A DNA stretch of 32,000 bases from Acaryochloris marina MBIC11017 (GTDB lineage Bacteria > Cyanobacteriota > Cyanobacteriia > Thermosynechococcales > Thermosynechococcaceae), in contig NC_009925.1 in assembly GCF_000018105.1 (NCBI RefSeq), positions 270,001-302,000 on the forward strand, given 5' to 3'. Shown here piece after piece: positions 1 to 7,210 of the stretch; positions within the stretch are counted from its first letter, which is position 1, and each line of letters opens with the position of its first letter. A model generated the notes under the pieces. The model was not told the DNA's origin. It saw only the letters and a list, made by a program, of their open reading frames with translations, and ran no database searches. The position numbers and the translations under genes were made by a program.

Positions 1-2
1 GC

Positions 3-1343
3 CGACCTTCCTTAAAATTTAGCCTTAAACTACCTGAAGATTCAGGGGATGCTCCTGCACTCCCCTCTGGTGATGCCCGCATACAAGTGGCTATCTTTGA
101 GAGCACGCCCAAGCCAGTGGACGACGATGAAGAGCCCCCTCTCAACTCTGGTGAATTCTTTACCGTTGTCGTGCGGCAAGGAGAAGAACAGCTGGAGATG
201 TATGAACATCTGACCATGAATCCTGACGTTGACACGGCTGTTGCAGACTACGTCGTTACAGCTTTGGAAGAGTCTGAATTCGTTGCAGTTGCGAACCTCT
301 CCCAATCTGGCCAAGCCCTATCTCGTCGCCCAGCCAATGGCGCTTTTGAAATAACCCCTCCACCCCAAATCTCCACCCCTGAAAGATTCCCTCGTGATCT
401 GCAAGGCCAGCGGGATGACCGAACTGGGATGCAAGGGATATTCGAGATTGATGAAGTGGCGATGATTGCCTGTCCTGACCTAATGCGTGCCTACCAAAAT
501 GGTCTGCTCGATCTGGACCAGGTTCATGGGGTCATGGAAATGATGGTCAGTCTATGTGAGAATTCCTTCCCTGGACCTGCTTACCGGATGGCTGTCCTAG
601 ATCCCCCTCCTGTCAAAATTGGTAAAAATGACAACACCGCGGTTCCCCCAGAGCAACAGCGCCCCCAGCATGTCGCTCAGTGGCTCAATGAGTTTAATCG
701 CCGCTCGATGTTTGGGGCCATCTATTATCCCTGGATCAAAGTCGCAAATCCACGCAATGGTGGACGCCCCATCATGGTGCCACCCTGCGGGCATATGATG
801 GGAATTTGGTGCCGGACAGATGAGTCCAGAGGAGTGTTTAAAGCGCCTGCAAATGATACCCCAAGAGGCGTTATTGGCTTAGCCTACGAAACCAATATGC
901 GGGAGCAGGAACTCTTAAACCCCAAAGGGATCAACTGTATTCGCAACTTTGCCAATTACAATCGTGGCTTTAAAGTTTGGGGAGCACGCACTCTGGTGGA
1001 ACCAGATAACGTCCAATGGCGTTATATCAGTGTCCGTCGTCTGATCAGCTATATCGAAAAATCCATTGAAATTGGCACCCAGTGGGTCGTTTTTGAACCC
1101 AATGATCAGGACCTATGGGCACGGATTACTCGAACCGTTAGTAACTTCCTAGAGCGGCTTTGGCGCGAAGGAGCATTGTTCGGAGCCTCTCCCTCCGAAG
1201 CATTCTATGTCAAATGCGATGGTGAATTAAATACCAATGAAACCATTATGTTAGGTCGGCTCTATGTCGAAGTGGGCGTCTGTCCAGTACGACCAGCAGA
1301 ATTCGTGATCTTCCGCATTAGCCAGTGGGCTCCGAATCAATAA
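3..1343 (+). CDS. Contractile tail sheath protein (phage-tail-like / contractile injection system), 5'-truncated by the window edge
   Basis: The frame is open from nt 3, so the GTG at 87 in the ORF track is not the real start. The C-terminal half carries the sheath C-terminal signature: NCIRNF..RGFKVWGARTL, WRYISVRRLISYIEKSIE, WVVFEPNDQDLW, LWREGALFG, EAFYVKCD, LYVEVGVCPVRPAEFVIFRISQ. Confidence 0.85.
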   Translation, partial: RPSLKFSLKLPEDSGDAPALPSGDARIQVAIFESTPKPVDDDEEPPLNSGEFFTVVVRQGEEQLEMYEHLTMNPDVDTAVADYVVTALEESEFVAVANLSQSGQALSRRPANGAFEITPPPQISTPERFPRDLQGQRDDRTGMQGIFEIDEVAMIACPDLMRAYQNGLLDLDQVHGVMEMMVSLCENSFPGPAYRMAVLDPPPVKIGKNDNTAVPPEQQRPQHVAQWLNEFNRRSMFGAIYYPWIKVANPRNGGRPIMVPPCGHMMGIWCRTDESRGVFKAPANDTPRGVIGLAYETNMREQELLNPKGINCIRNFANYNRGFKVWGARTLVEPDNVQWRYISVRRLISYIEKSIEIGTQWVVFEPNDQDLWARITRTVSNFLERLWREGALFGASPSEAFYVKCDGELNTNETIMLGRLYVEVGVCPVRPAEFVIFRISQWAPNQ

Positions 1344-1346
1344 ATA

Positions 1347-1387
1347 CTTTAGGGCAGAAAGCGGTGCTCCTGCTTTCTGCCCTAAAG
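1347..1387 (+). promoter_or_regulatory. Perfect 16-bp hairpin between the sheath and tube genes (attenuator or mRNA-stability element)
   Basis: CTTTAGGGCAGAAAGC (1347-1362) pairs with GCTTTCTGCCCTAAAG (1372-1387) around a 9-nt loop. There is no U-tract after it. Confidence 0.5.
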
Positions 1388-1462
1388 CATATCCATTGGG
1401 ATTGATAGCCCCTTTGAAGCTCCATCGTTAATTTCATCGATCACTGAACAAGGAGAATAGCT

Positions 1463-1963
1463 GTGCCGAGTGAACTGAATAAACCCATTGCCCCCAGCAG
1501 TTTCTATCTAGAGATTTCTGGTGTTGCAGATGGCGAAAAATCTGTATTCAAAAGCGTAAATATTCCCGATTACTCGCCTAAAGTCCAGGGGGGACAACAG
1601 GCAGTGGGGACCACGAAAGGGGGAAAAACGGTTTGGCAAGTCAACTCCGCAGGTTTTGAAGGGTTATTCTCCTTCGACTGCATATGCATTGCCAGTGGAG
1701 ATGGCGATAGTACCAGTATGAATATGTATAAATGGTTTGAGCAATGTCTGCCCTCCTCCAGTGGTGGCAAAGGCAAGTGGGCCGATAACCAGAAAGAAGG
1801 CAGTATTACGGCCTACAACACAGATGGTGAAGAAGTGGCCAAATGGCAGTTTAGTGAAGCTTGGCCGTCTAAGTACAAATGTGCAGACTTAGATGTTACT
1901 GCCGATAGCTATATAGAAGAAACCTACACCATCACTTGCGAGAAGTTTAACCGGACAAAATAG
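1463..1963 (+). CDS. Tail tube protein, T4 gp19-like family (paralogue 1)
   Basis: GTG start 6 nt after AAGGAGA. N-terminus SSFYLEISGV...FKSV is typical of gp19-like tube proteins of CIS/phage-tail-like loci. It sits directly after the sheath gene. Confidence 0.8.
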   Translation: MPSELNKPIAPSSFYLEISGVADGEKSVFKSVNIPDYSPKVQGGQQAVGTTKGGKTVWQVNSAGFEGLFSFDCICIASGDGDSTSMNMYKWFEQCLPSSSGGKGKWADNQKEGSITAYNTDGEEVAKWQFSEAWPSKYKCADLDVTADSYIEETYTITCEKFNRTK

Positions 1964-2030
1964 TGCCGCTTGCTTCTCGTTAGATCTAGCACAATAGTGT
2001 AATTATCAGGGATAAATTCGGAGACCCAAA

Positions 2031-2513
2031 ATGGTTCAGTATCTAGCCAATTCCAAGTTTTATTTTGAGATAGATGGAGTCACTTCTTTAACCCTTAAAT
2101 CAATCAGTGGCCCTGAAATTGAACTGGAAGTGGCAGGGGGGGATTCAGCCATTGGCGTGACCAAAGATGCTAAAACCCAGACTCAAGCGACGATTGGTGG
2201 TGTCAAATACAATAGCACCATCGCCCTCACCTATGTTGCAGGTAACGAGGGAGAGCAAAAGAAGCTTTCAGATTGGTACGATGACTGCCACCCAGACACA
2301 TTTTCAGGAGGAGGTTCAAAAGCCATGGAAGGCCGTAAAACCGGGTCTTTAGTGATTTATAACCCGGATGGCAAAGAAGCCATGCGCTTTAACTTCACGG
2401 ATCTATTCCCTGGGGCGAAAAAGCAGGTGGGTAGTCTATCAGTGGATAGTGGTGGACAACTAGCGGAAGACAATATTGATCTGTATTTCACTCAGGTCAT
2501 CCGCAAAGTCTAA
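2031..2513 (+). CDS. Tail tube protein, T4 gp19-like family (paralogue 2)
   Basis: N-terminus SKFYFEIDGVTSLTLKSISG matches the tube motif. Size and layout match 1463-1963. Confidence 0.8.
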   Translation: MVQYLANSKFYFEIDGVTSLTLKSISGPEIELEVAGGDSAIGVTKDAKTQTQATIGGVKYNSTIALTYVAGNEGEQKKLSDWYDDCHPDTFSGGGSKAMEGRKTGSLVIYNPDGKEAMRFNFTDLFPGAKKQVGSLSVDSGGQLAEDNIDLYFTQVIRKV

Positions 2514-2548
2514 GTTCTATTCACAGTTCACTAAGGTGAACCGCTCCA

Positions 2549-3043
2549 ATGCCTGATCTACCAGAAATCCTTACACGGTCAAGATTTTATCTAGAACTGA
2601 AACTCGAGGGAAGTCAAGATTCAGTGGATGGAATATTTATGGAATGTAGTGGATTTCAATCCTCTCAGGAAGTGATTGAAGTGGTAGAGGTGACCCCCCA
2701 ACTCTGGGGAAAACAGGGAAAAACCAAAGGTCGCAACATCCGCACCAAGATCCCTGGCAATGCCACTTACTCTAACCTCACTTTAAAGCGGGGTTTGATG
2801 TCTTCCATGACTTTATGGAACTGGTTACAAAAGGTGCAAGAAGGGGACTGGGCCGAGCAGCGCCGGGAAGGTGCGCTGGTGATTTATAACCAAGCGGCGA
2901 AAGAACAGTGCCGGTTGGAATTTCAGGGAGCCTGGCCTGTCAGCTACAAAATTTCTGATCTAGATGTCAAAAGTGGGGAACATAACATCGAAGAGGTGGA
3001 GATTACGGTTGAATCCGTCAAGCGAGTAGAGGTAACGGCGTAA
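2549..3043 (+). CDS. Tail tube protein, T4 gp19-like family (paralogue 3, more divergent)
   Basis: SRFYLELKLEG....FMECSGF and a C-terminal LEFQGAWPVSYKISDLD parallel WQFSEAWPSKYKCADLD of paralogue 1. Confidence 0.7.
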   Translation: MPDLPEILTRSRFYLELKLEGSQDSVDGIFMECSGFQSSQEVIEVVEVTPQLWGKQGKTKGRNIRTKIPGNATYSNLTLKRGLMSSMTLWNWLQKVQEGDWAEQRREGALVIYNQAAKEQCRLEFQGAWPVSYKISDLDVKSGEHNIEEVEITVESVKRVEVTA

Positions 3044-3044
3044 T

Positions 3045-3464
3045 ATGCAACTGAGTAATAATTTAGGGCTAGCACCTCCCCCTGAGGCTCCTCAACCTAT
3101 AACAGAGCCTCAAACAATTTTAGGTTCGGTGCAAACAGAGTTTGAATTTGAGTTGCCCAAAGGCTACCTCGATACGGCAGGGAATTTACATCGAAAGGGA
3201 ATTATGCGCTTATCCAGGGCCATGGATGAGATTGTGCCCATGCGCGATCCACGGGTAAAAGCCAATCCAGCCTATGCTACGGTCATTATTCTGTCTCGGG
3301 TGATCACTCGTTTGGGGGCCCTAGACTCAATCAGCCCCAATATTATCGAAGGTCTGTTTGCCTGTGACCTCAGCTATCTTCAGAAGTTCTATCGACTCAT
3401 CAATGAACTTGAAGATGGCGCAGAAGCTGAAGCACCTTCGTCTCCTGAACCCCAAGGATCCTAA
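3045..3464 (+). CDS. Phage-tail-assembly-like protein (paralogue A)
   Basis: The ATG lies 1 nt after the upstream stop. Core ELPKGYLDTAGNLHRKGIMRLSRAMDEI..MRDPRVKANPAYATVIILSRVITRLG......IEGLFACDLSYLQKFY has the pattern I associate with the small tail-assembly protein of CIS loci. It is a clear paralogue of 3485-3817. Confidence 0.6.
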   Translation: MQLSNNLGLAPPPEAPQPITEPQTILGSVQTEFEFELPKGYLDTAGNLHRKGIMRLSRAMDEIVPMRDPRVKANPAYATVIILSRVITRLGALDSISPNIIEGLFACDLSYLQKFYRLINELEDGAEAEAPSSPEPQGS

Positions 3465-3484
3465 CCCTTACTAATCTATTCAGA

Positions 3485-3817
3485 ATGAACGACTCTTCAA
3501 CCTACGTGTTTACTTTGCCCAAAGGGTTACTGGATGATCAAGGAACCCTCCATCGTCAAGGAGGGCTACGTCTGGCCACGGGGCATGATGAGATCAAAAG
3601 TCAGCGAGATCCACGAGTTCAAGACAATCCCCACTATGGGGCTTTGGTTCTGCTAACCCAGGCCATTACTTTTTTAGGACACTTTCAGACCGTTACCCCC
3701 CTTCATTTAGAGCAATTATTTCTAACGGACTTTCTTTACCTGCAAGAGGTTTACGTCGATCTCACCCATTCTTACGGAGGCCCGATTGAACTGGGGGAGC
3801 ACTGGGCTACCCCCTAG
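3485..3817 (+). CDS. Phage-tail-assembly-like protein (paralogue B); candidate zero-frame product of a frameshift pair
   Basis: TLPKGLLDDQGTLHRQGGLRLATGHDEIKSQRDPRVQDNPHYGALVLLTQAITFLG......LEQLFLTDFLYLQEVY aligns along its length with paralogue A. It ends at TAG 3815-3817, directly after a C5 run. Confidence 0.6.
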   Translation: MNDSSTYVFTLPKGLLDDQGTLHRQGGLRLATGHDEIKSQRDPRVQDNPHYGALVLLTQAITFLGHFQTVTPLHLEQLFLTDFLYLQEVYVDLTHSYGGPIELGEHWATP

Positions 3818-3942
3818 ATAAACTCTATGAGGAGGTAGCCTATATCGCTTATCACTTTCACTGGTCCCGGAATGACATTCTGCTCATGGACCATGGAGAA
3901 CGGTTGCAGTGGATTCGAGAGATTGAGCGGTTAGTTGGCTAG
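3790..3942 (+). CDS. Conserved mini-ORF without a start codon (..LYEEVAYIAYHFHWSRNDILLMDHGERLQWIREIERLVG*), probably a -1 frameshift extension of 3485-3817
   Basis: The frame is open from 3790 to TAG 3940-3942. There is no ATG, GTG or TTG before the LYEEVAYIAYHFHW motif. That motif resembles the short conserved protein I recall just downstream of tail-assembly genes in CIS loci. The ORF overlaps the end of the upstream ORF in the -1 frame. Confidence 0.5.
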   Translation, partial: TGGALGYPLDKLYEEVAYIAYHFHWSRNDILLMDHGERLQWIREIERLVG

Positions 3943-3971
3943 GTTTCTTCAGCGTATGGTCAATATGAATC

Positions 3972-6167
3972 ATGATCCCTAAGCCCCCCTACCCTCAATA
4001 TGCCTGCCCACAAGGAAACCCTTTAACCTGCACTGAAGATTCAGGAAAGGGAAGTTGCTCAGTTTGTCATTTTCCAGGAGTTCTCTCGGCCAAAACCAAA
4101 ATAAACGGCCAAAATCAATATGAAATTGTTGATTTTTTAGGCCAGCGAGGAAACGGCCGCTTATATAAGGCAACCAATCTTTCCGATCAAAGCGCCTGTG
4201 TCTTGAAAGAATATGTGCTTCCACAGCAGACTTTTAATTCTAGTCAAATGGCTGAGCGGAGAGAAGCATTCATCCAACGATCAGGCATTAGCTTAGCGGA
4301 TGGTCGCGCCCAGAACTTTCGGTTGGTGATGCCTGTAGAGGCCATCCCATCTCCGCTGCCTTCATCTGAACGGTATTTCCTGGTATACGGCGGTGAGTAT
4401 ACCCATACCACTTCTCTAAAACAGTTTCTTGATCACCAATCTCCTCTATCAGTTGCAACAATACGAAATATTTTGTCCCAGATTCTGCAAAGTTTGGAAT
4501 TTATGCACCAACAGCAATTCCGATGGATCTCAGGTCAGGTGCAAGCGGGTCTTCTCCATGGCAATCTCAATCTAGATAGCGTGTTGGTTGCTGAGAAAAA
4601 TCCAGGACTACTGGTATATCTCTGCGATTTTTATTTTTGGGAGTCTCTGTTTACGTCCCCTTTCGCGCCGCAATCCCGACCTGCGATCGCACAGGATTTA
4701 CAGGCCGTTGGAACAATAGCTGAGTATTTAACCACAGCATCCCAAGACATACAGCCACCTTTAGACGCAACTCAAATAGAGAGCCAGAGTAGATCTGACC
4801 TTCCCCTGGCTGATCAACAGTTTATTCAGCGCTTAACTGGAGAGTCAGCCCCTCCCTTTGAAACTTCTGAACAGGCACGGCAAGCGCTTTTGAGCTTACC
4901 TCCTGTTCCTCTGTTGGACAGGCCATTTTCTCCAGTCACGGCGCAAAAATCGATCCCCACTCATCCATTTCGCTGGTGGATGGGATTAGTCTTTGCTTAC
5001 ATTTTCATAGGCAGTGTAGGTATAGGGTGGCTATACCTCAGAAATCAAACTAAACACTCACTTGTTACAGAGCATATCCCTTGCTGTATCGATCAAGTTG
5101 CCAATGTGCCGACAGGACCAGTTCAATTCTTAGCTGAGAAACAAGGGACCTGGGATTTCCTTTATACTCAACCCCACCTGCTAAAACGGAATACAACCCT
5201 GCAGCGGGAATTAAATCAGGCTCAAGCCCTACTTCAATCTTGGCAATATCAGCCCATGTCCGTATCCCAAGATATGTTGGCTGATAATCCACCTGGAGCC
5301 TACGGGCAGAAAGTGATGGACTTGCTCAATGGAGATTCAGCAAACTTTATAATTACCAACCATGCAGATAACATTGATCCATCCTTCGGTGTTAAACCCT
5401 TTGCCTATAATGGCATCGCTGTCTTTGTCGCCTTTGGTTATGCCCAGCGAGAGAATAGCCTTCCTCGAAGATTAAAGGGCAAAATTACCTTGCAACAGTT
5501 ACGAGGTTTATATACTGGCAAAATCAAGAATTGGCGGGAGTTAGGCGGCCCTAATCGTCCAGTTAAAGTATATTTCCCCAATCAGGATGGACTGCTGCGT
5601 ATCTTTGAGCGAAAAGTTCTGGTGGACGAATCTAGCATTGCAGCTTTCCGAAAACAGATAGCCACTCAGGTTCGAACATCTAGGCGTATACCGGACCAAA
5701 CCTGTGTGGGTTCCTTTTGCGGTTTTGCCAGCACCACTTTGCAACTCCGAGCCGTGATTAAAGACTTCGAAGATCGAGACTCCTTCAGCATTGGGTTCGA
5801 TGAGTTAAACAAAGTCATTAATCAATGTTCTGTTTATCCCTTAGCTCTTGCAGACAAAGGGAAGGTTGCTATTTCCCCATTTCGGTTAAATAATCACCGT
5901 CCCATTACACCTACAACGGACTTATGCAATTCCAAAGCCAGTTATTCCGTCAATAATCAGGCACTTCAAAACCAAACGTATCCCCTCGCTTTTTCCCTAA
6001 ATGTGGTTTTTGCTCGCGATAATCGGCGCCAACCGGCTGGACAAACCTTTGCCAATATTCTCAAAACCCAAGAAACCCAATGTTGGCTCCAGCAACTTGG
6101 ACTAGTTCCCCTCCGCAAGATTTCTGCAAAATCTGCATGTCAGGCAAAACCCAAGACAAAACCCTAG
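3972..6167 (+). CDS. Membrane protein: Cys4 zinc-ribbon-like N-terminus, Ser/Thr-kinase-like (probably pseudokinase) domain, one TM helix, periplasmic PstS-like substrate-binding domain
   Basis: CPQG..C....C.VC at the N-terminus. Kinase-like LGQRGNGRLYKA...CVLKEY. The catalytic loop is LHGNLNLDSVLV (HRD replaced by HGN) and the DFG position reads DFY. TM helix FRWWMGLVFAYIFIGSVGIGWLYL. The C-terminus has LRGLYTGKIKNWRELGGPNRPVKVY, typical of PstS-type binding proteins. Confidence 0.7.
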   Translation: MIPKPPYPQYACPQGNPLTCTEDSGKGSCSVCHFPGVLSAKTKINGQNQYEIVDFLGQRGNGRLYKATNLSDQSACVLKEYVLPQQTFNSSQMAERREAFIQRSGISLADGRAQNFRLVMPVEAIPSPLPSSERYFLVYGGEYTHTTSLKQFLDHQSPLSVATIRNILSQILQSLEFMHQQQFRWISGQVQAGLLHGNLNLDSVLVAEKNPGLLVYLCDFYFWESLFTSPFAPQSRPAIAQDLQAVGTIAEYLTTASQDIQPPLDATQIESQSRSDLPLADQQFIQRLTGESAPPFETSEQARQALLSLPPVPLLDRPFSPVTAQKSIPTHPFRWWMGLVFAYIFIGSVGIGWLYLRNQTKHSLVTEHIPCCIDQVANVPTGPVQFLAEKQGTWDFLYTQPHLLKRNTTLQRELNQAQALLQSWQYQPMSVSQDMLADNPPGAYGQKVMDLLNGDSANFIITNHADNIDPSFGVKPFAYNGIAVFVAFGYAQRENSLPRRLKGKITLQQLRGLYTGKIKNWRELGGPNRPVKVYFPNQDGLLRIFERKVLVDESSIAAFRKQIATQVRTSRRIPDQTCVGSFCGFASTTLQLRAVIKDFEDRDSFSIGFDELNKVINQCSVYPLALADKGKVAISPFRLNNHRPITPTTDLCNSKASYSVNNQALQNQTYPLAFSLNVVFARDNRRQPAGQTFANILKTQETQCWLQQLGLVPLRKISAKSACQAKPKTKP

Positions 6168-6198
6168 CGTTTTGCGGTGACAAAGCAAATCGCTAGGG
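6162..6198. terminator. Hairpin between convergent genes
   Basis: CCCTAGCG (6162-6169) pairs with CGCTAGGG (6191-6198). An inner TTTGC/GCAAA stem is present. TTT follows on the + strand. Confidence 0.5.
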
Positions 6199-6214
6199 TT
6201 TAAGAGAGAGGATT

Positions 6215-6424
6215 TTAAATCCCAGGAATTTCAGAAAGCTCGCACTGAAGCTCTTCGACGTTAAAACCAATCATTTCTTGCCACTCATCTACTGTGAAGT
6301 GATAGCCATGCATCTGGGCCATGCTGACAAACTCTTCTTGATTTGAGGCTGTATTCAATTGCTGCCGCAGTATAGGATTCTCCTGTGTTGCTCTAAATAA
6401 TCTTGCAAATTCTGTTTTTGCCAT
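6215..6424 (-). CDS. Nif11-like domain small protein
   Basis: The 69-aa sequence MAKTEFARLFRATQENPILRQQLNTASNQEEFVSMAQMHGYHFTVDEWQEM follows the Nif11 N-terminal pattern (L..L....S.EEFV..A...GY.FT..E). I see no Gly-Gly cleavage motif or core peptide. Confidence 0.55.
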   Translation of the reverse strand: MAKTEFARLFRATQENPILRQQLNTASNQEEFVSMAQMHGYHFTVDEWQEMIGFNVEELQCELSEIPGI

Positions 6425-7210
6425 CGTTCCACCCTAATTAGACAATGGTTCATGCCCCTCACTTATAGAGCACTGGCTCAGGTTTCTCCATTAGCCAAAA
6501 GTTGAGGGTGCAGACCATGGAAAGGATTGGAAGATCAGATTTGTAGCCAATAGACAAGTCAACTCGGCTGGATGTGAACCTTAGTTCAAGGGCTATAGGC
6601 TTGGATCGATGCTCTAGTGGAGAGACCTAACTCATGGCATATGGGGGACAATATAAAATTTATTTTAAAGAAATATGAGATTTCCCTGAATTTAACCTTA
6701 GAATAATGCTACAAGTAATAAGAATTGCGCGGGGACAGAGGAAGTCTATCCTACGGAGTATTACATACTAATGAACACAAAATAAGTTATTCTGGATTCG
6801 CGAAAAAGATAAGCGCCTCAGCTAATCAACACTAAGCACTCACTTCTTTTTTGTTGTTAATAGCCTCCTTGTAACCCAGTTTTCTGGACCAACTGTCTTT
6901 CAGTAGAAACTTGGGCTGTCGTGCATAACCGGTTACATAAAGCTTAATTGGCCTTGGTTATGTAGCTAAGGGGTCAGAATCAGTTCCCTGCTGAATCAAT
7001 AGAATATTCAAGCTATTTTTGGCTCTTGAGATTGCTAAAGCTTTTTTGCTTTGGCTCATTTTTCCAGACTTAAATTTGGTTTGAAGAGTTATTAAATCTA
7101 TAGACCTTCTCTGGGTTTAGACCTAGTGAAGGGAAAGTTCTGTAGGGCAATTTCTTCAATAAAAGCTTGAATAGATTTTTTAATTGTTGGATTTTTCTGA
7201 GGTTTAAATC

